Below, one piece after another: positions 51,901 to 64,000 of a stretch of 64,000 nt of DNA. The notes under the pieces are model-generated. The model searched no databases and had not been told where the DNA came from. It saw only the letters and a program-made list of their open reading frames with translations. This DNA is from Raillietiella orientalis (taxonomy: Eukaryota), in contig JAYWIR010000034.1 in the NCBI GenBank assembly GCA_036172245.1, positions 1,798,001 through 1,862,000 on the forward strand. Reading direction: 5' to 3'. Both the position numbers and the translations under genes were made by a program. The stretch's first letter is position 1, and every line of letters starts with the position of its first letter.

Positions 51901-54900
51901 AGAGCGTCGGATGCCCCCCCCCCTTCTCAGAGAAGGGGGGAAATGCGCTCACGAACCGCCCTGCTCCCCCCCGGCACACGGTCCAGGAGGAAGAGAGGGA
52001 GGGGCCCGCGTCGATCTTCGGGAATCGTCCAGGACCTCGGAAATTCCAGCAGGTTCCGTAAGAAACCGTGAATCTCCCCTCACTTTTCTTGTTACTTTCC
52101 TTCCCCCCCCCCCCCCGGTTCCCCGGGCATTTCCGTGCAGCAGAGTGTTTCCCGGACAGCGCTTGCGTGGGCTCCAGGGACGGTGCTCGCAGGGCTCGAG
52201 TAAGCCGCCCGACGGACTGCTCGCAGGGGCGGCACGGACGGCCAACTGCGGCTAAAACGCAGGTCGCAACATCCGCGCTCGCCCCTCTGGTGGCACCCAC
52301 GCGCAAAAAGCGCCCTTCGCGACGATCTCCCGCGGCAACGCAGCGCGCCGCCGTCGGCGTGCCGCCCTGTTCCTCGGGGTCGAGCACTCGCAGCTACGGT
52401 GGCGCCGATCCCTTGGAGTCGCTGTGCCTCCGTGGCGCCACGAACTTGGCTCGCGCTGTCCAAAGAGCAGTCTGAAAGGAAAGGGAGGAGACTTCTGGTT
52501 TCTCGAAGTTTCCTCGTACCTCCCTCTGAGTCCTCCCGCCCCTTCCTGGGAGCCGCGTACCCTCAACGGCTCCTTTTCTTTGGGCAGCGACCCCTGTCCG
52601 TCTGAGAGGAGGGAGGGAGGGGAGAGGAGGTCGAAAGTGGGGCCAGCGTCGGGCAGGGCTCCGCTATCCCGCATTCGATCTGGGACACCTCAGGCCTGAG
52701 GGTGCATCACAGCTGCATTTGGCAACACGACGAGAAGCAAGCCGAAGGGGAGGAGAGGAGGAGGAGGAAAGGGAGCCGGGGGACCCTTGTGGAAGGGGCG
52801 GCAGCGGCGGCGAGGTCGTTGTGGGAAGCGCGTCCCGGGGAAGAGAGGAAGCGGGACAGACGGGTCTCGGAACACGTGTCCCAGGAGGATCTCGAACTCC
52901 CCTAGACGAGTCCAGGTACGCCTCCAACGCCGGGAAGTTCGCCTGCGCGCCGCCGCCGCCCGCGAGGAGTAGGAGGGGAGAGAGAGCAGCAGTGGGAGCG
53001 GGAGGGGTGAGAAGCTTCGCGCGCACCTCTCCTGCGCACGTGAGCGGCAGCGGAAAAGCGTCGGTGACGTTACGCAGCCGCTGGCTGTCAGGTCCGTGGG
53101 TGACGGCCCCGTGGAAGGAGCCTCGCTCGCCGGGAGCTACCCGTCTCCTCTCGGATCCTCCTCTTCTGCAGCCGGACGTTGCCTCCAGCTGAAGGGGGGA
53201 AAGGAGGGGGATGGAATCCGGAATTGACAGCTCCCTTAGCCCTCCTGACGTTACCTCCCTCTTTTTCCTCCCTTTCCCTTTCCCCTTCCTCTCTCCTCCC
53301 CCTCCGGTGCACGCGCTCCGACGCCGGGGATGCTGCAGGCGACTTCCCGCCGTTGCGTGCGCGCGGGGAAGACGGCAGCCGCGCTCCCGCTTTGGGTCCC
53401 CCCCCCCTTCCCCGTCGCCTCCGCGAGTCACCTCCCAGGCTCATCCGCCGGACCTCCCCCGTTCTCCCCGCGCGGACCGGTGACGTCCCCACCGCAACGC
53501 AGCTGCGGCCCAACCTCTCCCGGAAGGGCGTCCGTGCACAACGGTCCCGGTTCCCCTGCTGACGAGGAGAGGGAAGAGCGGACACCCTCCAGCGAGCGCC
53601 GCGCCCCAGGGACTTCGCGGCGACCCACGGGGCAGAAGCACTGTACTCTCCCCGAGCCGCCCCCAGCAAGCGACGACGCAGGGCAGCCCTACGACAGGCT
53701 TGCAGGAGGGTCCGGACACCGAGCGCATCCTGGCGGGCCAAGGCGGGAAAGAGTCCGCCTGCCGCAGCTCCCTCTCTCCCGGCATCCCGTGTTCTGGAGG
53801 GAGGAGGCTCGCGAAGGCGCAGCCGGGCCCATGGTGCCGGGGAGGAAGCGACGCGGGCTTCCGGCACTCTATGTGCCTCGACGGAGCGAGGTCAAGCGGG
53901 TTACCACTTGACCTCGCTCTGTCAGGGGCCTGGGTGGACTTGGGGAATTTCCAGCTCACCCGATCAAGCCGGCCCCTTGGAGCCCCGAGGCAAGAAAGTG
54001 GGGACGGCGGCGACGAGGCTGGCGAGGGTGGCGGCGAAGAAAGCGGCGCCTATGTGAAAGGGTGGAGAGCAACGGCGTCCGTAGGCTGCAAGCAGTGGGG
54101 ATGACGGTGGCGCTTAGCAGCGTCGGAACCGCCTCGTCCTCCCCACCCTCTCCCTCGCGCCTCCGCGTCACGCGAACCCGATCCGACTCCTCCCCCGAGA
54201 GCGCGGGGGAGGAGACTAGTCCGGACCCGCGCGCCGGCGGAGAGAAGGCCGAGGCGAGGGCTTCCCCTCATGACCAGAGGTAGTTGCCAGTGCCGAAAGG
54301 GGGGGTGCTCCTCCCCCTCTCGGTCTGCCCCGGCGACAAGCGGAGGCCGGGCGTGACCGGCCGACCGCTGGTCTCTCGGAGGGACGGCGGGAAGAAACGC
54401 TAAGTCTCCGAGCCCGAGGATCCTCCCATGGGACCCCGGGTCCCGCAGGAGCAGTCGATCGATCGATCGATCTTTCGCGCACCAAGGAAGCAGCGGCAGC
54501 GCCCTCATTTTCTTTCCTTCTGCCTGTTACCTGGAAACCATCCCCTGCGCATCCCCCTTCCCTTGCTGTCTCCAGGAGGAAAGGCGCCGCCGACAAGCGC
54601 AGGTTGCCCTCAGGAGCCACGCGCCTTATGGCCCTCCACCCATTCAGAAAAGGGGAGGCCGCCACCGCCCCCCTTGGCAGCGCAGTCCCGACGGAAAGGG
54701 ACCTAGCCTTTTCCTCCTCCCGGCAGTGCGGGTTGGACGGATCCCCCCTGCTGGGGTCTATGGCGACCTGGACTTTTTCCTCGCCCCTACCTTACCTCCG
54801 GCGAGACCCAGACGGATGCGGAGGCTGCCGCGGCGGGCAAGGAGGGGTGAGGGCGCGCGGGTTCGCCTCCCCCCTCCTTCCCGTCCTCCCGTAGGAAGGC

Positions 54901-57900
54901 AGAGGCGGAGGCGGCGGCCTCAGGGAGGAGGAGAGGTGGCGATCGATACCTGGGGCGGGCGCTCGCGCACGGGCGAGAAGCGCGGCGGCGCAGGCGCTCT
55001 TAGTCGCCGCCCGGATCCGCGCGCGCACCACGTGATCGGGGGGTCCTCCTCTTCCCCCCTCCCCCGCCGCTGTAGCGAAGAGGCGCCTCGGTAACAGACC
55101 GGAGACGTGCCAGTGGCCACACCACTGGGGCGACTCTCGAGCGGCGCTACCGCGTCGCTGCGTGGCGCCGCTCGAGGAGGCGGCTGGCGAAGGGACGCCA
55201 CGCGGTAGCGAGGCACCTTGCCGCCCCTCCTACCGCCGGCCGCATCAGAGCCCTCTCCTTTTCTTCTTTCCTCTCCCCCTCTCAGAAGTCCCAAGGCATC
55301 TCCGAGTGACCGGGTGCTCCAACCTTCCTCTGCCCTTCCCTCCGTTGACCGCGGAGCATCCGGAGAGGGAGGGGGGAGGGAAGAGATCCGACCTGGTCCC
55401 GACCTCGCCTCTGACCCCACTCTCGCGAGCTGAGCACCGTGCGGAGACGGCCCAGGAAAGGCGCGAGCCCCCGACGCGCCGTGGGTGAAAGGGGGAGGGC
55501 GAGGCGCGGAGGAAGGCGGAATTACCCTTCTGGGGAGGGCGCTGCCCCGAGGGCGCAGCTCTTCCCCCTCCCTCCCTTTCGCCTTCCCGCTCCTCCCCGA
55601 GACGACCGCCCGTTCCCGTTAATCTCGGACAGCTCGTTACTTCCACGACGTTTCGCAGCATCCTCTCCCCGGTAACCGATCCATCTTCGCGCCGAGATCT
55701 CTTTACAATGGTTGTTCGGGAAGCAGGGGAAAGGGGAGGGGAAAAAAAAACGAGAAGAGAGGGAAGAAGAACGACAGGAAGGAAGGGGGAGTGAGGACGC
55801 GCCCGTGAGCGTTCTGCTGCGCTCTCGCCGGCAATGACGGCGGAGGGGCGCGCGGTGGGGTGTTCTCGCCAGGGCGCCCTCGCCAGTCCTTACCCCCCTC
55901 CTCCTTCCCGTTCGCCGCACCGCGCACGCTGGGCCGCCCAACCACACTTCCACCCATTTGGGGGAGGGGGAGCTCTCCCTTTCTCTCCCTTCCTGAAGGA
56001 AGTGGCGAGTCCGAGGCCGGCCGTTCCAGGGTGACGAGAGGGAAGAGGAGGGGAAAGGAAGAACACGGGAAGGCACCCCAGAAGCGGTTTTTCTGGAGCC
56101 GGGCTCGCCTTTACACCTCCCTCCCGAAGGGGCTTCGGGAAAAGGTCGCCCGGGGCAAGGGGAGGCACGCGGGGGATGCTGGGAGGATCGGAACTGAGGG
56201 ACGGGACAGAGCCTTTTCCCGCCGGCGCGCGCGCCTCCGCCGCCACCATGGCGACCGCGACAAGGGGGACGGGGACGCGGAGAGGAGTACAGATCAGCGA
56301 TCGGTAGCCCCCGCAGCGCTCCCCCGCCGCACTTCCGGACGCGGTGTGGAGTTGACGGTGTGCATCAGCGCGACGAGGTCAGCAGGAGTTCCGGCGGCCC
56401 CGAGGCTCTCAGTATCGCCACCCGGACCATCCCTGAATTGCCTCTGCCCTTCGAATGTCCCAGCCGACTGCTGCCGCCACGAAACGCTCGTCCGTAGAGC
56501 CTCCCGAGTCTTCCTGGTGACCCTCAGACGACGGTCGTCTCGCGAGGCGAGCACGGAGGTCCCTCCCCCCCGGGAAGGGAAGAAGCGAGGGAGAAAAGCC
56601 TTCCTTTCCTCGGGCTCGTGACCCGCTGGAGTCGCCCAGACGCGTCCGCAAACGATCTCTTAATCCCGCCTGCAACTGGAGATGACCCAGTCGCGCGGGG
56701 GAGAGCAACGCGCCACGCGAGGGTTTGCTCCAGAGGGTTCCATGGCCAGCGACAGAGGTGCCTTCGTCGCCGAGGCAGGGAAGTCCGCTGCCCTCGCGAC
56801 GCTTCCCAGCCGCCAGAGCAGATGGAAACGCCGCTCGTCGAACAGAACTGATAAAGCGGATAGGCTGCTACGTGATGAGATGGATGATGCGAGAGGAGAG
56901 AGGGATTCCAGACAGAGATCTTCGTGCCGTCCTTAACGAAGGATGCGGCTCTGTTTTTGTTTTTTGTGTATGCGTGCGTTCCCCCCTCCCTTCCTTTTCC
57001 TCTTCCTCCCTGCTTATCCGGAGGAGGAGGGGGGGGGGGAACGGCAAACAAGTGATCTTCACGGAAACCTTCTCGAGGGAGAAGAAGGGAGGAGGCAGCC
57101 AGCTTCCCTGGTGAAAAGCGAGTACCGTAAGAAACGACGGAAGCGTCGGGCGAAAACCCCTCCTCGCTCCCGGAGTCGCGCGCGCAAACGGCGGCAGGGC
57201 TGCTGCCGAGTCTCGCAGAGGGAATGGAGCCGCAGCGGCGCTCGAGGCGGCCGGGAAGCAGCCCGTGACGCAAAAGCGCTGCTGCCCGACGACGGTGGCG
57301 GGCACGCCGGCAGCGCCGTCGGCGGCGAAGGTCACGGCACCAGCCACAAGGCAGCGAACGAAAAAGCCCCGGAGAGGAGCTGCCGGAAGAAAACGGAGAG
57401 CGGATCCGCCCAGGTGGCGAGCAAATCAGCACGCAGGGACCATCTCTCCCTGAGGCGATAGGGTCGTGCAGGCTCTGCGCGTGGAGGAGACGAGAAGAAG
57501 CGAGGGCGGCCGATGCTGGTGCCTCCGTGCCTTTCAGGCAGCCCGGCCCGAATGCCCGCCCGCCCGCTATACGCCGACACCGCATCTGAGAGGGTTTCCT
57601 TCGCAGGGCCTCTTGCCGATCAGAATCTCCAGAACCATCCGCGGAATCGTAGGAAAAATCGATTCGGGAGAAGGGAGCAGGCACACAGGTTATCAGGAAC
57701 AAATTAGCAGGGGGGCACCTCTGCATGCGGAGAAGAAAATTTCGTTACAAAGCAGCACCTCGGCATGCTCTTTGAATACCCGACACGAAACCGTTCCTTA
57801 AGAAACGGAGGATGGCAGAGGGCGTCGTCGGAATAGGAAACAGAAGAGCAAACATTTATGCATGGGAAACAGAAGCGGAGGGGAGGAGGATGAAAAAGAG

Positions 57901-60900
57901 ACAACTGATTCTGCCAGTAAGAATTATTTACCAGGAGAAAGTGAACAAAGGCAGGGGAGAAAAACAAGCAGAACAAAATAAGAGAGAATACCGACATACA
58001 CGAAAACAAATCGAAGAATACGGAAGTGCAACATCTGAATCAGTGGGATGCTGCGGCTCGCAGAGCCGTGCGGCTCCAATCGATAGCAGAGTCCGAAGAA
58101 CCGAAGCAAAAGCGCATAATATTTGAGAAGAGAGGCAAAAGGTTTCCATTTCCGTTCGGTTTCTTTCCCATTTTTTTTTTTTTTTTTAAAAAAAAGAAAA
58201 AAAAAAAAAGAAAAACAACCTCACTGTGCGTGATGGCTTCAGTTTTTCTTCTTTTCCTTTGGCTATTACGACTTGGATCGCAAATTCTTAAGAAATTCAT
58301 CTTCCTCACGAACTTTCGATTCATCCCGACTCGAAGTGAGTTCCGTCCAAGCATTCATCCCAACCCCGGGATTCTGGACCAAAGAGGAAAAACCTGTCTG
58401 AATGCATGCGGGGGGGGGGGAAGGGGGATCGGATTCACCAACGCGCGGAGACACGCAAGCCGACCCGTTTACGGATGCGCCCCGTGCACAGGGGAACACA
58501 CGAGCCTCTTCGGCAATTGACTCCTGAGAAACGCTGCAAAGTTTCGCGCCTGCATTTGAGCTCCTGGAAGGGAAGAGGGAGGGAAGGAGGGAGAGGCACC
58601 TGAACCCGGAAGTGGTGGTGGAGAAAAATGGCTCTCACCGCGCGCATCCGTCGCAAGCCGGTGCTCGCGTGCACGTTCTTCGCGGCCTCACTTGATGGTG
58701 GCTCCCCTGCCGCCGCGGCTAATTTTGAAACGTAACAATCCCTTGCGCTCGCACAGGCATTCCCCGTATCCCCGGGAGACGCGCGCTAAAAATAGACGCT
58801 CCCAACAATGCTCCCGTGCATTGTCGCGCAAATTCAACAGCCGGTCCACGACTGTGCAGTGACTGATGTCCAACGGTGTCTCAACCCAATCGCGGGGATC
58901 GCCGAAGACAAACAACGCCTGCTTTCCCTCATCCTCGGAGAAGGGTCCTGGGGAAGCTGGATCCAAGCATCACTCGAATCTCGCTTCCCGGAGGAGACCG
59001 TGGGAGCGTGTCGCATCACCGGTCAGCAGCCACGAGTGAGACCGGAGCCGCCATCTCCCGTGCCAATATGGCGCTCCAATGACCTTCCACCGTCAAGTCG
59101 GCTCCCCCAAAAGCCCTTAGGTCATCGAGGAGGGTGCACCGCGTGCGCCAGTGGCCTCCGCGATTCGGAAAGGGTGCCATTCCTTGCAACCAGCCGTGCA
59201 AAACATTTGCGCTTCTCCTTTAGAGCGCCATGAAAACATGGACGAAGGGGAGGAGAGAGGAGGGGGGGGCAAACCCTCCCTCCCTGCTGGTAGCCCTGGT
59301 CTCCGCGAATTCCAAATATTGACGGAGTCGGAGTTCCCGGATATCCTTCTGTTTCCCCTCATTACTATTGCATGCTCCTTGGAAACTTGGAAGAACTTCG
59401 TGATTGCGACGCCTCCCTCCAGAAGGAGGAATTTAGTAAATGAAGACGAGATCCATGAGGGGCACGCAGATCACGCCGAGAGGATTCCGGAAGCAGCTCC
59501 TGCGGCAAGCTGTCCCCGCGGTCCGGACCTGCTCGTCAGGAGCGAGGGGAATGCAGGGACGGGCGCGATTTTTCGGGAATGCCTGCCTATTTATAGGCAG
59601 GAGAGCGGGGGCCGAGGCGACGCCCTGGCTCCCCTCCCCTATACACACACGCACGCATCCACACACGCGCATACGAATGCGCGCGAGAGGGCGCCTGCGT
59701 GATGCGCGCGCTTCGCCGTAGCGGAAAAGCACGTGACTCGGTGATTGATTGAGCGCTCCCCCATCGGTCGCACCCGGGCGTACTTTAAGGAGCGAGCAAG
59801 CAGGCCGGGATCCGGCGGAACGAAAATGGGGGGACGCTCCCTCCTCGGAGCTACGGCGAGGCGGGGAAAGAAGGACAAAAAGAAGACGAAAAAAAAAAAC
59901 GGAAAAGAGGAAGAGGAAACGGAAGGGAGACGGGGAAGAAGAAGAAGAAAAAAAAACTTCCATCATTTCCCCCGTAATGGACGAATGAAATGAACGCGCG
60001 CTGCGGAAAGGCACGGAGAGGGCGGAGGAGGAAACCGGACGCGAGCACCGGTGGCAATCGCGGCAATTACCGCTTCCCTCCCCCTCCCCTCTCCCCCGGA
60101 GTAATCACTCCTCCGCGATCCCCGTTGCGACCGCGGGTATGCAGCTGCAGCCACGGCCATTCCACCCCCTCCCACGCCCCTCCCTTCCCGGTATGCGCTC
60201 GCCGTGGACCGACCGCGGAAGGAGCAGCCCCCCGAGTCACGAGATCGGAGGGGAGAGGGAGAGCTGCTGTTGCTGCTCCCGCCCTCCGCCCCCTCTTCAT
60301 CCTCTCGCGCGCGCGCCCCTGGGGCGGAGGGGCCGAAGACCAGTCGCAACTGACCAGGACGACGCGAAGACGATGACGCGCTCGCAAACGGCGGCGGCCT
60401 GACCGGAGGCACCTGAGGAGGACGGAGGGACCCTCGACCCCCCTCCGAATGGAAGGCAAGAGAGGGGAGCGGCGGTGCCCCCCAGTCCGGGACCATTCAC
60501 GGTGAGGGAGTCATCCCCCAGGCGCCCGGGGGCCGGAGTATCGTCGACTGCCGCGAGGAGGAATCCAGGGGGTAGGAGCACAGGGCCGTGCAGGGAACGG
60601 GCCCCGAGTCCATTCCATGAAGCCCCCCCCTTCTCAAAGGCCCCGTCCGCTTTCCACTCAGGGCGGGAGCAATCCCCCGGGGTCGGTGGAGGAGAGGAAG
60701 GGGCGCGGCCCGGTCGGGACCACGTGACGCCACGATGGGCGCTTCCCGAGAAGGTGGGGAGGAGGAGGGGGCCGGCCGTTCTTGCCCGGGAGAAAGCCCG
60801 CGGGGCCCGAGCACGACCCTCAGACCGTCCGTTGCAGAAGGGGGGGGGAGGCGGCAAGATGCGAAACTTCTGCGGAAAACAAAAGTCCTGACGTGCTTCC

Positions 60901-61269
60901 CCTATCTAGGCAGTCGCAAGGAGGATCGGAGTCGCCGGCTGGAGGGCCGGGAGCACCACCACTACTCTTCGACGCACCCGCGAGATCCGGGTCTTCCCTT
61001 CGACCTTACGATCCTTTGCCTTGGGCCACCCCCGCCTGTGCGAGGGAGGTGAAAGGGAAGGGACAGGAGTAAGGAAGGCACGACTTCCCCCCTTCCCGTT
61101 CCGGGGCCGGATGCTCCGACGGGGCCCACCCCCCAGTTTCATTCGCTGCCCTTGGTTCCGGAGAGGCCGGAGGCCGCCCCTCCCGCCACCTACCTTTCCT
61201 CTTCCCGGCGGCGCTTCCGGCCCCCGCGTAGAGGGCGCACGCCAGCGCCAGGAACGCGCTAGGGCGCAT
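42955..61269 (-). CDS. mmd: ADAM metalloprotease-disintegrin, non-catalytic ADAM11/22/23 / UNC-71 / mind-meld type (signal peptide, prodomain, inactive reprolysin domain, disintegrin, Cys-rich, EGF-like, TM, long cytoplasmic tail), about 1273 aa
   Basis: Hand-spliced exons with all intron phases compatible: 61269-61194 ([21 protein letters not shown], signal peptide), 50953-50906, 50747-50602, 50515-50474, 50105-50026, 49912-49846, 49211-49065, 49017-48760, 48422-48348, 48222-48056, 47512-46818, 46765-46657, 46580-46461, 46400-46340, 45868-45773, 45679-45499, 45268-45166, 44902-44747, 44576-44479, 44421-44211, 44137-44002, 43921-43701, 43608-43369, 43243-42955. Motifs: prodomain [28 protein letters not shown]; furin site RPRR/DVR; Zn motif [11 protein letters not shown]; disintegrin [66 protein letters not shown]; tail [14 protein letters not shown]. 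The mmd assignment is from recalled family sequences, not a search. Linking exon 1 across ~10 kb is the least certain part. Confidence 0.9.
58171..58215. repeat. T17 tract directly abutting an A8-G-A13-G-A5 tract
   Basis: Read directly from the sequence. It lies in a local AT-rich patch of mmd intron 1. Confidence 0.85.
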
Positions 61270-61456
61270 CCGTCCGTCCGCGCCCGCTCTCTGCTGGCTG
61301 CTCCGCGCACTACGCCCGCGCGTCACTGCTTCCGCCGCTCGACTGCACGCGCGCGGGGGGACGCCCGCGACGACGGCGGCGACGCCATCCTACGGGAAGC
61401 GCGCGCTCTGGCGCTCCTCCCCCTCCCCTTCGCTTTTCCCCCTTCCTCCTTTCCCG

Positions 61457-62675
61457 TGACGTCAGCGCCGGAGCAGGACACGGCGAGCAGGGGAAGAGCC
61501 GGCCGGGAAGAGCCGCCGCCGCTCGGGGAGAGGCGGTGGCGGCTGCGCGCGCTCAGGCGCGGAAGCGCGGCGTTCCGCCCGGACGCGTCGGCACCGCCAC
61601 CTCTTTCCCCTCTTCCCCCCCCCCCGGAAGGGACGGAGCAGGAGGAAGGAGATGGCGCTGGCGAGAGAGGCTACTTTTTCCCTTGCCCTACCCATTGCCT
61701 TTCCCTCACCCTTCCTCCCAACGTCGTGCTTGGGAGTAGGGAGAAGGGCCCCCGCCCCACCCGCAGTGGCCTCAGAACCCGCTGCCCGCCGTCCTCCTCT
61801 TACCATTTCCCGACTCGACCGCAGGGAACGCACGAGAACCCTCCTTCCCGCCTTCCCTCCTCCGTTGCCCCGGCAACCGACGCCCTTCTTCCAAGCGCGT
61901 TCGAGCGTCCCCTCGCCGGCCTGGGACCCGGGAAGGACTGCAGTGGCGCACTGCTGGACGGACGGGAGTTCCCACCCTCGTCCTCCCCCCGCTTCTCCGA
62001 AGGGATGAAGGCGCCCCCCCTCATCGCCTTGGGGCACACCCGCGCGTCCGATGGCAGGCCTTCCCTTTGTCCCGTTCATTTCGAAGGGACCTTAAAAAAT
62101 AAGACAGCCAAAATATATATGCATATATAAAAGTGGGGTTCCCCTTCCTGCCCCCCCTTCGCTTCAGTCGCTCCTTAGGGAGTGCGGGAAGCCACTCCCC
62201 CATTACGAGGAAGGCGGGACTCGGCCTCGCGTTCTCCCACCTACCCGCCCATCCTTCCTGGGGCTGTTTTTCGCTTTTTTTTTCTGCTGCTCCTCCCCCT
62301 CTTCTTGAGGAGCGAAGAGAGAAAGAACTCGGGCTCCTGGGAAGCAGGCGAGTTCGTTGCTCCTGGCAACCGGGAGCTCTGCTTCCACCTCCCGTTGGTC
62401 CTGAGGGGAAGGAGCCCTTCCCGGCTCCGCGCCGTCTTCCCGGAGCGCCCGCCTTCCGGTTAGGCAACGAAGCTTGCCGGAGATTCCGCAGAGCGGCGGA
62501 GCGAGGGAGACGTGACGTCAGAGGAGCTTCTCGACGCAGTGGAAAAGAGGGAGGGAAGGGGGGGAAGAAGACGAACGTCTCAAGTCCGTCCGTCCTGAAT
62601 GACGTCATCAAGGGCTCGACCAATCAGGACATCCGTAGATCGACGCATCCCTCTAGAAACCCCTTCACGGCCAAT
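61457..62675. promoter_or_regulatory. Putative mmd upstream regulatory region with three perfect CRE palindromes and two CCAAT boxes
   Basis: TGACGTCA at 61457-61464, 62513-62520 and 62600-62607; CCAAT at 62620-62624 and 62671-62675; a 16-bp palindrome TATATATGCATATATA at 62114-62129. All lie 0.2-1.4 kb upstream of the ATG at 61269. Confidence 0.45.
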
Positions 62676-64000
62676 CGTTCGGGCGAACGGCTCGGTGCCA
62701 GCCGGCGGCGCGTCATCGCAGCCCCTCTTTTCGGGAAACGAAACGGGAAACGAGTGCCCCGCGTTCTCTCGAGACGACAGCGCCATCCCAGGGACGGCGT
62801 CGAGACCTGACGCCCGCAGCAGCGAGCGAGATGGGGGGTGACCTCTTCCTCTCAGGGCCTGCACAGAGCGAGTGCCCAGCCGATGGGCAGTCTGGGAAGA
62901 GTCCAGGATCGGGCTGCAGTCCTGTCTGTGTCTCTGGAAACGCACCCGAAAGCATACCCGAAGCGCAGTGCCTTCCCGCCTAAACGCGCCCTCCCTCGTG
63001 GGCTCCACGAGCCGCCGGAACAAGCCTCTTCTCCGAAGGTCACGGTCCCTCGGTCGTAGGCTCTTCTCTTTACGCGGCCCTCTCGATCTGACGGACGAGG
63101 CAGGATGCCGGCTGCCGCTCCGTGCTGCCTGACGAGAGGACGCCAGACAAGTCTGTAGCCGGCATCGGCGGAGTTATGCTGGGACAGCTTCCTTTCCCGC
63201 CTCGCCTTCCTCCCGCCCAGGTTGCGCGGGCACCAACGGCGCCGCTACGTGGACAGCGTGCGTGCACCCGCACACCCCTGTTTCAAATGTCGACGAATCA
63301 GCGAGCACCTTTCTTCTCTGAAGAGTTCAAAGGACCTCGCCTTAGAAGCTGTCCCGTGCACCTTCCGTTTCGCTCCCCGCCTCCCGGGGATTCCAGCGTG
63401 TCCTTCAGGTGATCCGGGAGAAACCTGCTCCCGCCTTCCACTTCCCCCGCGGCTGCAGCGGAGGGCTGAGAGGAACCCGTGGCTGAAGGCGGCCGTCCTC
63501 TTGGATGGAGATCGGGGAGGTGACGAAAATTCCTGCAAGGAAGCGGCCGAGGAATTCCTGTATCCACCAGGCTCGGGGTAAGAAGGGGGACGGGGGACGG
63601 AGGCTCTGAACGTTCGACAGCGGAGCGACCTGGCAAAAGATGCTGGAACATCCGAGATCCTGTAGGATATTCCAGAATTTCATGCCGCTGCTCGTTGTCC
63701 CGATCAAATCGAAAAATTGATGTTGACTGATCTCGTTTTCTCCCTTTTAAATTCCGATCGTGGGGTGCTTACGATAAGATCTGGGTGAAAAATGCTGCAG
63801 CGATGCGTTTTAAAAGTATCAAAACAAGAATAAGATCGATGGGAGATCAGTTCTATCAGGAAAGTTCGATAGAAAGCAGCGTGCAGATTTGTCACCAACG
63901 TTAGCTGAATGTAGATAAGGCAATAAGTTTTCGAGGAAAAAAAGGAAACCGTTCATCAGACACAGTTCTGGTATCATCTGCAGCCTGTGCAAAAGGCTCG

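Noticed and set aside
54455..54472. (GATC)4 palindromic microrepeat; also the G-run tract at 49987-50013 and the short GT repeat near 1940
   Set aside because: Short simple repeats, common in this sequence, with no evidence of function.
1..64000. CRISPR arrays, tRNA/rRNA genes, intact transposons, prokaryotic operons or defence systems
   Set aside because: No regularly spaced repeats, RNA-gene signatures, transposase/RT/integrase motifs or terminal repeats were seen by eye. The window is intron-rich eukaryotic DNA.

Overview
This is eukaryotic (animal, probably arthropod by inference) genomic DNA. It is mostly about 65-75% GC and CpG-rich, with many short spliceosomal introns, so most ORFs in the six-frame track are GC-driven artefacts. 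I built four phase-consistent multi-exon gene models by hand, all on the minus strand. (1) A 24-exon ADAM22/11/23-type pseudo-protease matching mind-meld/UNC-71 (61269->42955, about 1273 aa, ~10 kb first intron). (2) A 9-exon gene joining 7-8 ankyrin repeats to a C-terminal RNF34/RFFL/IAP-type RING-HC (39154->35962, about 782 aa). (3) A 7-exon coiled-coil gene (23569->21317, about 556 aa). (4) A second coiled-coil gene made of small phase-0 exons (~7291->5233, ends uncertain). Other signals are GC-AG introns with an AA|GCAAGT donor in two genes, decayed local duplicates of parts of genes 2 and 3, and an AT-rich, strongly CpG-depleted island (~14.3-17.1 kb) with no recognisable gene. I found no rRNA, tRNA, CRISPR array or intact transposon, and I cannot support a clearly new biological system. 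The best leads are the ankyrin-RING ligase, the CpG-depleted island and the non-canonical splice donors.
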